Origin: Elainellaceae cyanobacterium
GTDB lineage: Bacteria; Cyanobacteriota; Cyanobacteriia; CAZCXK01
Assembly (NCBI GenBank): GCA_051117555.1
Contig: JBNPEG010000217.1
Coordinates: 1 to 23,345 of the forward strand
DNA length: 23,345 nt
Direction of reading: 5' to 3'
The notes under the pieces are model-generated. The model made no database searches. It was not told the origin of the DNA and saw only the letters and a program-made list of their open reading frames with translations. This document shows positions 7,701 to 15,586 of the stretch, piece by piece (positions within the stretch are counted from its first letter, which is position 1; each line of letters opens with the position of its first letter). Position numbers and translations under genes: made by a program.

Positions 7701-7762
7701 GCGGTATGGATAGCGTGAATCACAGAATCTCCCTGAACCCTATGCATCGGAACGTGCATCAT
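4706..7762 (-). CDS. Cation-transporting P-type ATPase (P2A/SERCA-PacL-like) with N-terminal HMA2-like domain
   Basis: TGES, PEGL, DKTGT, KGSP, TGD and GDGIND motifs; TM5 TNMSE and TM6 WLNLVTD. The N-terminal HTAVRGRARY...VSASSLTGNVLVKF is HMA2-like. Confidence 0.95.
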   Translation of the reverse strand: MMHVPMHRVQGDSVIHAIHTAVRGRARYHVDALHRSNSLEQYLEQHLSKQRMINQVSASSLTGNVLVKFAPELSHDDVVEAIATVVEQYQQSEHPRHESSPVQPPHPRQSRKSQDPQEGDEQPVKEWHKMPIESVLKEFNTNKEGGLSTELVEELCDRYGSNRLSETDTRSDLAIILEQFNSLPVALLSAAAVLSIVTGGLADAVTIMGVVGVNAIIGYVTESQSEQIIHSLRDGDRPSALVFRDGDRIEVESDEIVPGDIVVFRSGNQVPADARLIATDMLSVDESALTGESIPVDKTPEVLQGDTIPLAERTNMVYKGTLVTGGSGLGVVVATARFTEMGKIQTMVGEAADQGTPLQRQLDETGSQLVAIGSGVCALVFGIGLLRGYGFLQMLKTAISLAVASVPEGLPTIATTILALGIQDMRKQNILVRSLNAVEALGSVQTICMDKTGTITQNRMVVKHVHIALGDVQIGDREFVSQDDEPIQPKDCKELLILIQVGALCNESEVNRQDDGTYDISGSSTENALVELAIAADIDIVDLHHQYPRQDTLPRSDNRNVMTTLHKSPGEHPFVAVKGSPDEVLEKCAFQMKDGDVMPLTDDDRQAIILANERMAGQALRVLGFAYTHLDSSDNHPETDLTWLGLTGMADPIRDGVAELIADFHRAGIDTVMVTGDQSPTAYAIGKQLRLSRDRNLEILDASDLATLDPEKLKALSDKVDIFARISPADKLQIVQALQEAGKIVAMTGDGINDTPALKAANVGVAMGAGGTSVVHEVADVVIGDDDLRTMIDAVSRGRTIYSNIRKSVHFLLATNMSEIMVATVATAAGLGEPLNAMQLLWLNLVTDIFPGLALALEPPEPDVLEQPPRDPDTPIIQPDDYQRIAAESAVISVSALAAYGYGLLRYGISQRSSTVIFMSLTIGQVLHTLSCRSQTQSLFGGKSLPRNPYVEWAIAGSLAIQILPLMVPPLRGLLKLQPIDPIDAAVIATFALLPLVVNESSKALQVNQPSELQGAQA

Positions 7763-8342
7763 TCGTTTGCGGAGACTCTGCTGCGGGTAGTTGAGGCTGA
7801 GATTCTGCCGTAGAAGGATGGAGCTTCAAAAAGGTATCAAATGAATACCAAGCGAGGGTATACCACGGAATATCGTCAAATTGAAGTCCTTTCACCACCA
7901 ACTGTCGCAGCGCTAGCCCGCTTAGGCCAATTGGAACCAGCATTCGCAGATCCACCAGTCCGTTGGTGAGCCAACCCACTTGAGCATTCACTTCAGAGGT
8001 GGTGTTCATCAGTTCACCCGCTAGTTGCGATCGCCCTTCTGAAACGTGCGATCGCCTGCGAGTTGACACATCGGCAGAATGTGGGCTAGGAGATTGAGAC
8101 GGGGTATCCATCTCAGCCTGAGCTTCTGCCAGTAAATCTTCGATTTGCTCTCCAGCTTCTGCTACCGCTTCTTTACATCGTTCAGAAAAGGCAATCCCTT
8201 CTTTAATAGCAGAACGAACTGCTGGTTGGTTAATAGCGGCTGTAAGGGGCAGAAAGACAGGCGCCGTGAGTATAGCCGCGAGTCCTTCAACCATCTCTGA
8301 TACTCTAATCTCACCCACGTCGAAATCTGAATCAGATGCCAT
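7740..8342 (-). CDS. DUF5132-like protein with hydrophobic C-terminus typical of HMA2-cluster proteins
   Basis: GLAAILTAPVFLP...RSAIKEGI....KEAVAEAGEQIEDLLAEAQAE, then VDLRMLVPIGL...IPWYTLAWY. Confidence 0.75.
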   Translation of the reverse strand: MASDSDFDVGEIRVSEMVEGLAAILTAPVFLPLTAAINQPAVRSAIKEGIAFSERCKEAVAEAGEQIEDLLAEAQAEMDTPSQSPSPHSADVSTRRRSHVSEGRSQLAGELMNTTSEVNAQVGWLTNGLVDLRMLVPIGLSGLALRQLVVKGLQFDDIPWYTLAWYSFDTFLKLHPSTAESQPQLPAAESPQTNDARSDA

Positions 8343-8432
8343 CAGGGTATCCTCCGGTGTAGTTTGACGGGCTCGCTGTTTACACTAATTGAGAGTGCGA
8401 TCGCTCCACATCATTCGTCGGGTGGAGTTTTA

Positions 8433-8466
8433 GCATTCTGCATTCTGCCGTGCATTCTGCCGTGCA
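8433..8466. repeat. Short tandem repeat
   Basis: TGCATTCTGCCG x2 (8439-8462) with partial flanking copies. Confidence 0.7.
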
Positions 8467-8546
8467 ATATAGCCATCAACGCTAGCTGCGATGTAGAGAA
8501 TCACCGTGGTCATCAAAATGCCTCATCAGCACCCCTAATCACCGAC

Positions 8547-10178
8547 CTAAAATTCTTCATCCCACTCAATACTGGGGGTGGGATGGCAATGGTGCCCGTT
8601 TGGGGAGTCTGAATTTTGGGTTTCTTCATCCAAAACGTCAATCACGCGATTATAGATGGCATCTGCTTCGCTGTATGAATTGCCAATACTGGTCAAGCCA
8701 AGCTTGCCAAACTCAGATAGGCAGCCAATCAGGTGAAATGCCGTTCCAACTTCGGTAGCACTATTAAAATGCAGACGATGGTGGGCAATGATATCCATCA
8801 AGTCGTTGGGGAGTAGCCCTTTGTAGTGGGGTTTTTGCAAATTGTCAGACGCGATGTAGTATTTTGGATTGCCTTCGTGGTCGTAAAACAGCCCAGTTTC
8901 TGTCTCGTAGTGTCCGTTTGTGAGCAACCTCAGCGTCATAAAGGGATGAGTGGTGCCCCCCTTGCGGAGATTAATTTCGATCGCCTGGATATCCCATTCC
9001 TTCTCAGGATCGCCACGATGTTCGGGATGATGAACCGCGATGAAATCAGCGCTAAATCGCTCCAGGGCTCCCTTCTTTGCCAGATTTTCGCCAATCCGAT
9101 ATCCCCATTCTTGAAGGCGGAGCCGGTATGCTTCATCCGCAGGAAATTTACATCCTAAAAAGATTTGCCCGTCTGGGCCGCCGAGAATTTGGTCATGAGT
9201 CGAAAGAATATCGACCTCTCCCGACGGCTTAATGCACACTTGGACGCTGGGCGATCGCTTCTCCTCTCCTTCGATAAACGCCTCTGCGATCGCGCCCAGT
9301 TCAGGAATGCGGCTACTAAAGTTAGCCCACGTTTCATTGGGAGCCTGAAAGCGTAGCTGATGAAAGCTTCGATAGATAGCGCCAATGCGCTGAGCGTGGG
9401 ACGCAGTTCCGGGTGCCATATCGTGGAGGTGATCCAGCTTTAAAAGCGCATTCCCTTCCCCTGAAAATCCTTCGTTGAGCTTGATCACGATCCGCTGGAG
9501 ATGCGGCTGCCGTTCCCAAAGTTCTGCGGCGACGACGGCTAGATCTTCCGCGTTGTAGACCAAACTGCTGCCATCAGGATGAGGCACGTCACACTCCGCA
9601 AAAATTTGGCGACTGCCGCTTTTGGTTCCCCAATGTAGCAACTCTGGGTCAAGCCCAAACAGAGGCATCTCCAGCCGCACTGCCAACTCTCGCTCTAGAG
9701 GAGTTGAGTTAAAGCACGTCATGTAGGACTGCCCAGGACGAAGCGCCTGTCGAATTCGCTCCATCAGCCGAGGACGCTCTAAAATCTTTTGGGTCAGCGG
9801 CTTAAGCGACGAATCGTAGGCACACAGCAGCAGCAGGCGATCGCGCGCATGGGAAAATGGCACCCCCGGCAAGAGCTGCAAATAATAATCGACCACAGAG
9901 GGATGAATCGGCTGAGAGGTCACATAAATTAACCGAGTTCGAGGATTGCGCAGCCGAATCACAGAAAACAGGAGCCGTTCTTCATAGTGGTGAATGCCTT
10001 GAATCTTGGCGAGTTCTCGCTGGTCGAGGCTCAACGATGGAATCACCAGAATGTCATACACGCCGCGATCGAAAATATCAATCGACTGCCAGCGATCGCA
10101 CAATTGAGCCTGAAGCTGATGGAACTGCTCAGATTGATAGTCAGTGTGTGCTAATGACGGCAATATTAACTCCCGCAT
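8547..10178 (-). CDS. ATP-grasp peptide ligase PGM1-related protein
   Basis: 543 aa with HYEERLLF, KSGSRQIF, VIKLNEGFSGEGNA, SPSVQ, STHDQIL and EINLRKGGTTHP, the ATP-grasp motifs of the PGM1/BesA-like family. Confidence 0.85.
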   Translation of the reverse strand: MRELILPSLAHTDYQSEQFHQLQAQLCDRWQSIDIFDRGVYDILVIPSLSLDQRELAKIQGIHHYEERLLFSVIRLRNPRTRLIYVTSQPIHPSVVDYYLQLLPGVPFSHARDRLLLLCAYDSSLKPLTQKILERPRLMERIRQALRPGQSYMTCFNSTPLERELAVRLEMPLFGLDPELLHWGTKSGSRQIFAECDVPHPDGSSLVYNAEDLAVVAAELWERQPHLQRIVIKLNEGFSGEGNALLKLDHLHDMAPGTASHAQRIGAIYRSFHQLRFQAPNETWANFSSRIPELGAIAEAFIEGEEKRSPSVQVCIKPSGEVDILSTHDQILGGPDGQIFLGCKFPADEAYRLRLQEWGYRIGENLAKKGALERFSADFIAVHHPEHRGDPEKEWDIQAIEINLRKGGTTHPFMTLRLLTNGHYETETGLFYDHEGNPKYYIASDNLQKPHYKGLLPNDLMDIIAHHRLHFNSATEVGTAFHLIGCLSEFGKLGLTSIGNSYSEADAIYNRVIDVLDEETQNSDSPNGHHCHPTPSIEWDEEF

Positions 10179-10370
10179 ACCTTCAGACCCATATTTATGT
10201 CACGTCAAAATTTGCAGCAGACCAGAGAGATGCATACTCTCTTCCAGTAATTGTTTCAGGAATATCTTTTCCTTACAGTAAACAAATCAACTGACGACTA
10301 TGGGGGCTGATGAAATTTCTTAACGGTTTTGCATCGAATATATTGGCTCGGACACACCGTGGACGCACTA

Positions 10371-10580
10371 GTGCCATTTGGCAGAAATAAGCCAACCCCT
10401 AACCAATTCTCGATTTTGGATTTGCGATTTTGGATTGACGGCCAGCAGCCTTGCAGGGGTTCTGGCTTGTTCATTTGTAGCCTTACTTTGAAGAATTGGC
10501 ATACGTGCGGGCATCTTGCCCGCGACGTGAGCTCACATTAGGGTTATGACGTGAGCGAGGCGCTCACGCTAAGGTTATGA
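10371..10580. repeat. Composite intergenic repeat cluster (MITE-like nested IRs, heptamer repeats, REP-like hairpins)
   Basis: Imperfect outer IR TGCCA.../...TGGCA (10372-10501); inner IR AAGCCAACCCCT/AGGGGTTCTGGCTT; GATTTTG-GATTTGC-GATTTTG heptamers (10412-10436); hairpins GCGGGC-ATCTT-GCCCGC (10507-10523) and GTGAGC-GAGGC-GCTCAC (10551-10567). Confidence 0.65.
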
Positions 10581-10735
10581 ACCTTCCGCCGTCCTTGTGC
10601 TAGTCAGATCGATTAAAGCACTTTCAATAGGGGACTACAGCATTCTTAAGACAGATTCCGCATTTTGGTCGTATTAGTGCTTATCCGAAAACTCGCTAGA
10701 GTTTTTGGAATCCAATTTTAGACGCCGATCTGGGG

Positions 10736-11722
10736 CTATTTGTCGCGCGATCGCTTGATTTGATTAATCTCGCGCTGCAAGTCGTCAATTTGCTGCCGCA
10801 GGCGATCAACTTCCTGACCCTCAGCAGGTGTTTGACCTGACGGTTCAGCAGAGACGTCAACCGAGCCTTCTCCCGAGCGCCGATAGTTTCCGCGTCGAAT
10901 CTGCCGATAGTCAGCCGAGTCTGCCCAATCTTTTAGGTAATGCACGCGCTCAACCGCGAACGGATGGGTCAGGAACACGCCCTGAGACAGGTTGTTGTAT
11001 AGCAAAAATTTATAAACTTGATTCAAATTGTCGATGTCTAAGTCTTGGTAGCGATCAGCCTGGCGTAAGAATTCATCTAGGCTCATTTCATGGGCATAGC
11101 GACTGCTGCCTCCCGCCATTTGCATCATCATTGTCATGACGAGGTTCAAATCGTCAGTGACGAGCATGGCGGCGCGATCGGCGGATAGCTCTGCCTTTCG
11201 TAGCCATTCATAAAACCCGAGAATCAACCCCGTGCTAATCAACATGCTCAATCCCAGCGTGGCTTCTGCGAGTCCTGCGATAGTGGCGATCGCCCAAATC
11301 GCCATCTGCGTCAGCGTGGTATGGCCACATTTCACATGCCCCAGCTCATGAGCAATGACAGCGCGAATTGCATCCTCGTTGAGACAATCAATCAGCCCGG
11401 TGTTGAGCGTAATCGATGGACGCTCTTGCCCCAGCGCAAACGCATTGATTTGAGGCGATTGCGCCACAAATAATAGCGGCTGAGGATAGACATCCAAATC
11501 TCGCAAACACTCTCGGAAAATTCGATACAGAGACGCGTATTGCCTGGGACCCACCTCGACGCAGTTGCCTAAGAGATAGATATTTTGCGGACGTTCATAA
11601 ATCACCTCCATAAATTTACGAGCAACGACATCAAACCCCGGCACACTCCGCAACGCTTGCTCGGCTTGATAATCGAGCGGATGGCGAAAGGCCTCATTTG
11701 AAATTCCGGTATACGTTGGCAT
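10736..11722 (-). CDS. M48 family zinc metallopeptidase
   Basis: HELGH zinc motif, INAFA, AELSADR, THP..VER and a C-terminal coiled coil. Confidence 0.93.
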   Translation of the reverse strand: MPTYTGISNEAFRHPLDYQAEQALRSVPGFDVVARKFMEVIYERPQNIYLLGNCVEVGPRQYASLYRIFRECLRDLDVYPQPLLFVAQSPQINAFALGQERPSITLNTGLIDCLNEDAIRAVIAHELGHVKCGHTTLTQMAIWAIATIAGLAEATLGLSMLISTGLILGFYEWLRKAELSADRAAMLVTDDLNLVMTMMMQMAGGSSRYAHEMSLDEFLRQADRYQDLDIDNLNQVYKFLLYNNLSQGVFLTHPFAVERVHYLKDWADSADYRQIRRGNYRRSGEGSVDVSAEPSGQTPAEGQEVDRLRQQIDDLQREINQIKRSRDK

Positions 11723-11827
11723 AGGATTGAGAAATCCACAAAACGCTAAAACACGCGGATTGAGACAGAATACGGCTAATTATGTGATTGGAGCCGTGAT
11801 TTAAGAAAGTTATAGCACTAGGGTCAA

Positions 11828-12133
11828 ATGGAGAGCATTATTGCTTGGATTATTGGCGCTGCGATTGTCTATGGAATCTTTAAGATCGTACAGTGGGCGA
11901 TCGCCCAGCAATCGGGCTCAGGAATTAGCATTCGAGGTCTAAATTCAAATTCTGATCACCGCCAAGCTCGCCCAAATCGACGACTGGAGCGAGACTTAAC
12001 GCGAATGATGGGCGGCAATCGCAAGGAAGCTGAGCGCCTCGTCAATTATATGAGGCGTCAACATCCGGGGCAGCCTGAGGATTGGTATTGGGATAAAGCA
12101 ATTTATGATCTAAAGCGCGATCGCAGATCTTGA
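11828..12133 (+). CDS. Small hypothetical protein with N-terminal TM helix
   Basis: N-terminal hydrophobic helix; C-terminal GNRKEAERLV...PGQPEDWYWDKAIYDLKRDR resembles a conserved cyanobacterial domain. Confidence 0.75.
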   Translation: MESIIAWIIGAAIVYGIFKIVQWAIAQQSGSGISIRGLNSNSDHRQARPNRRLERDLTRMMGGNRKEAERLVNYMRRQHPGQPEDWYWDKAIYDLKRDRRS

Positions 12134-12166
12134 TTCCTACGATTTGATGGATAAGGAAGGACATCC

Positions 12167-12940
12167 TTGGCAGCACTTGTTTCATTGTTGACAGTCTTGA
12201 CCCTGTCTCTCTTGATCAACCGCATTGCCACCGTTCTCCTGACGCTCACAGGCTTGTCTCGCGAATCTGCCAGATTTCAAGCCCGATCGGCATTCACAGG
12301 TGTTGGGTTTACTACCCGAGAAGCCGAACAGGTCGTTAATCATCCCGTACGCCGTCGCATCGTGATGTTTCTGATGCTGCTTGGCAATGTGGGCATCGTC
12401 ACGTCGATCTCATCGCTGTTGCTGACGTTCATCAACACGGTTGGGCCAAGGGTTTGGTTGTTTCGCGTCCTGCTTTTAGGAAGCGGTCTCGCCATCCTAT
12501 GGTTGATTGCCAGTAGCAAATGGGTCGATCGCTATCTGTCTCAGTTCATCGAGTGGGCGCTGCGTCGTTGGAGCCGTTTGGATACGCGCGATTACGCCAA
12601 TCTACTCCACCTATCCGGAAAATATACTGTTCTCGAACTAGAGGTTCAGGATGATGATTGGCTTGCCCACCAGCGCCTTGACGACTTAAATCTTTTGCAA
12701 GAAGGAATTGTGGTCTTAGGAATCGAGCGGGCAAGCGGTCGCTATGTGGGTGCGCCCAAATCAGACACCCGCATCTATCCAGGAGATACGCTGATTCTCT
12801 ATGGGCGGCTTCCTCAACTTGATGAGCTTGATTCACGTCGGGCGGGGTGGCTCGGCGATGCCGCCCATGAAAAAGCAGTACGAGAACAGGAGGAAGTTGT
12901 CGCCGAACAAGATAGCGAAGAAGCCGCTGAAGGCATGTAG
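12167..12940 (+). CDS. TrkA-C (RCK_C) domain membrane protein, putative K+ transport related
   Basis: ARFQARSAFTGVGFTT pore-like motif, several TM helices and a C-terminal RCK_C (VVLGIER...AP....I.PGD.L.LYG). AAGGA SD precedes the TTG start. Confidence 0.85.
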   Translation: MAALVSLLTVLTLSLLINRIATVLLTLTGLSRESARFQARSAFTGVGFTTREAEQVVNHPVRRRIVMFLMLLGNVGIVTSISSLLLTFINTVGPRVWLFRVLLLGSGLAILWLIASSKWVDRYLSQFIEWALRRWSRLDTRDYANLLHLSGKYTVLELEVQDDDWLAHQRLDDLNLLQEGIVVLGIERASGRYVGAPKSDTRIYPGDTLILYGRLPQLDELDSRRAGWLGDAAHEKAVREQEEVVAEQDSEEAAEGM

Positions 12941-13051
12941 ACAGAGGGTCTGACAGTTACGATTACGCAGAAACCAGTAGCTATAGGCTGACGCGATCGC
13001 GACAGATTGCTTCGACAAATTGAAACGTTTTAGTCCCGATTCCTTTGAATA

Positions 13052-13939
13052 TTAGCCTTTCAGATGCTCCTCTAAGAACTTTGTGGTACGCTCCCAAGCA
13101 AGCTCTGCGGCTTCAGGGTTGTAGCGATCGCCCGACGGATTGGCAAACGCATGGTCTGCATCCTCATACGTATAAATTTCTGGGGATTTGCCCACGTCAT
13201 TCAGCGCCGCTTCAAACTGCTGCACGGTTTCAGGAGGCGGATTATCATCGAGTTCGCCAAAGTGCCCTTGAATCGGCATTTCTAACGCGCTTAATGCGTC
13301 TGGATCAGTCGTGATGCCGCCACCATAGTAGATGACAGTAGCATCTAGTTGCTCGGGAAGGGTCAGAGCCGTATTGAGCGACCATGTGCCGCCAAAACAC
13401 CAGCCAATGCTACCCACCTTGGGCGCGTTTAGGGTGGTGTCTAGATAGTCGTGGGCTTGACGCAGATTTTCTCTGAGCAACTCTGGATTTTCTAACGCAG
13501 ACTGAACTAGACTCCGCGCTGTTTCAGGTGTTTCAGCGACCTGGTTGCCATATAAATCGACTGCAAGAGCAGCATAGCCCTCTGCTGCCAACATGCGGGT
13601 CATGGCTTCGATATTTTCGTTGAGCCCCCACCATTCATGAATCACGATTAAGCCCGGGAGTGGCTCGGTAGCATCGGCTGGACGGGCTAAATATCCGGTG
13701 ATATCTGTTCCATCCAGAGTGCCATAGGTGACTGTTTCAGCCGAAATGCCGTCTGTGGGTGCCTGGGCGATCGCCCCCGATGGAACAGGAGCATCGTCTT
13801 TGTGGAGCGACATCATGTGCTCGCTGGCAACAGCTGCATTGTCTTGAGGAGTTGATTGCTGAGCAATGGAGACTTGAACAATGCCCCATCCCAAAACAGC
13901 CAGCAATGAGATTAGCGCTAGACCAATGAGTTTTCGCAT
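13052..13939 (-). CDS. Dienelactone hydrolase family protein, secreted
   Basis: IHEWWGLN, GWCFGG nucleophile elbow, HAFAN and an N-terminal signal peptide. Confidence 0.93.
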   Translation of the reverse strand: MRKLIGLALISLLAVLGWGIVQVSIAQQSTPQDNAAVASEHMMSLHKDDAPVPSGAIAQAPTDGISAETVTYGTLDGTDITGYLARPADATEPLPGLIVIHEWWGLNENIEAMTRMLAAEGYAALAVDLYGNQVAETPETARSLVQSALENPELLRENLRQAHDYLDTTLNAPKVGSIGWCFGGTWSLNTALTLPEQLDATVIYYGGGITTDPDALSALEMPIQGHFGELDDNPPPETVQQFEAALNDVGKSPEIYTYEDADHAFANPSGDRYNPEAAELAWERTTKFLEEHLKG

Positions 13940-14025
13940 GGAGTCTATTGTCGAGATTTTACCTTTCCGAGTTTATCGTACGTTTCGATCTCGCTGTCGA
14001 GATCGCTGTGCCTAGGAGACGCTTG

Positions 14026-14052
14026 GGCAGAAGGCAGAAGGCAGAAGGCAGA
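14026..14052 (+). repeat. Heptamer tandem repeat (STRR-like)
   Basis: GGCAGAA x3 plus GGCAGA. Confidence 0.85.
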
Positions 14053-14147
14053 GAAACCAGTTGACGCAAAACCTAGACAATGTTCTACGCAAAACTACAC
14101 GGAATTTCGAATGTGGGTTACGATTTACGAAACGTTACGACAATATT

Positions 14148-14191
14148 AAATTTTTTAATTCTGGACTGGAAATTTTTTAATTCTGGACTGG
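14148..14191. repeat. Perfect 22-bp tandem duplication upstream of the RND operon
   Basis: AAATTTTTTAATTCTGGACTGG at 14148-14169 and 14170-14191. Confidence 0.9.
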
Positions 14192-14277
14192 AAAAATTTA
14201 CGTCCTTTCCCCCTCAAGAGGAATCTTGAGTCTTGGATGTAAATAAATCTAAACCCATGCTCTGAGGCATTCCTAAC

Positions 14278-15576
14278 ATGCAAGCTTGGTTTCCCCGTTG
14301 TCAGAGTGCGATCGCCCGCTGTTTTTTACTCATTGGATGGTTCGGACTCTTGACCGCTAGTTCTGGATGTCTTGGCTCGTCTCGGCATGAGGCTCAAGCT
14401 CAGTCCGAGCAGCGTGAGGAAGTACCCGGTGATCAGTCTGTTTTGGTGCAAACGGCGATCGCCCAGCCCGACTCCCTAGATAATGTTTTAGAGTACACCG
14501 GCACGACAGCGCCCATTCAGCAAGTCAATCTACGAGCCCGCGTCGAGGGTCAACTGGTAAGCTTGGCAGTTAATGTTGGAGATTTTGTCGAAGCGGGGCA
14601 GACCCTAGGACGTATCGACGATGACCTGCTGATCACTGATGTAAACGAAGCACAGGCAGAATTGGCAGCTCTACAATCTGAGGTGGCACAAACGCAAGCG
14701 CAAGTTGATAACGCTCAAGCCCTGGTCGAACAGGCGCGGGTTGAATACCAGCAAGCGCAAGCCGATAACGCCCGCCTCCAGTCGCTTGCAGCAGATGGCG
14801 CAGTGTCTCAGCAGCAGGCAGATTTGGCTGAAACGGCTATGAAAACGGCTGAGCAATCTCTGCGTTCGGCACAGCAAGGCGTGCAAACTCAACAGCAAGC
14901 CGTAGTTGCAGCACAGGGTCGAGTGAATGCCCAGCAAGCCGTAGTAGCGCAGACAGAAGAGCAGCGGTCTTACACCCTGTTAAAATCGCCGATTACCGGA
15001 TCAATCCTGGAGCGGATCACTGAAGCCGGGAGCATGCTTCAGCCGGGAGACGAAATCGTGCGACTTGGAGACTTTAGCACGGTCAAAATCATCGTGCAGG
15101 CGTCAGAACTAGATTTGGCTCAGATTCGAGTCGGCCAGTCAGTGGATGTGAGCTTTGACGCATTTCCGGGGCGATCGTTTACGGGCGAAGTCGCACGGAT
15201 TTCTCCGGCTGCTGACCCGGTCGCTCGTCTAGTGCCTGTTGAGGTGACGTTGCCTAACCCCAATGGTCAGATTGGCAGCGGATTATTGGCGCGGGTTAAT
15301 TTTGCGCCCCGTGCATCCCAACAAGTGGTGATTCCAGACAGTGCTCTCGAAACCGGAACAAACTCGGAAACACCCACCCTATTTGTTATCGAAGGCAGCG
15401 GCGATAATGCCAAAGTAATCGCCCGTCAAGTTCAACTGGGCGATCGCGCGAATGGCAGAATTGAAATTCGCGCTGGGTTAGAACCGGGTGAACCGTTTGT
15501 GATCAAAAGCAGTGCCCCCTTAGAAGATGGACAGACTGTGAAGTTAAGTATTTTGTCAGAAACCCCATCCGAGTAA
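14278..15576 (+). CDS. RND efflux periplasmic adaptor (membrane fusion protein)
   Basis: Lipobox-like SSGC, lipoyl halves (VEGQLVSLAVNVGDFVEAGQ; SPITG), long coiled-coil hairpin, beta-barrel and GLEPGE terminus. Confidence 0.93.
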   Translation: MQAWFPRCQSAIARCFLLIGWFGLLTASSGCLGSSRHEAQAQSEQREEVPGDQSVLVQTAIAQPDSLDNVLEYTGTTAPIQQVNLRARVEGQLVSLAVNVGDFVEAGQTLGRIDDDLLITDVNEAQAELAALQSEVAQTQAQVDNAQALVEQARVEYQQAQADNARLQSLAADGAVSQQQADLAETAMKTAEQSLRSAQQGVQTQQQAVVAAQGRVNAQQAVVAQTEEQRSYTLLKSPITGSILERITEAGSMLQPGDEIVRLGDFSTVKIIVQASELDLAQIRVGQSVDVSFDAFPGRSFTGEVARISPAADPVARLVPVEVTLPNPNGQIGSGLLARVNFAPRASQQVVIPDSALETGTNSETPTLFVIEGSGDNAKVIARQVQLGDRANGRIEIRAGLEPGEPFVIKSSAPLEDGQTVKLSILSETPSE

Positions 15577-15586
15577 GGCGGCTACT

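Noticed and set aside
8364..10541. Short ORFs overlapping the ATP-grasp gene and the 10.3-10.5 kb repeats
   Set aside because: Shadow ORFs or translations of repeat DNA, with no protein-like signal.
14051..14102. c-di-GMP-I (GEMM) riboswitch suggested by GACGCAAAAC
   Set aside because: The GGCAAAC-GNRA P2 stem and tetraloop receptor are missing; the motif is just a short direct repeat.
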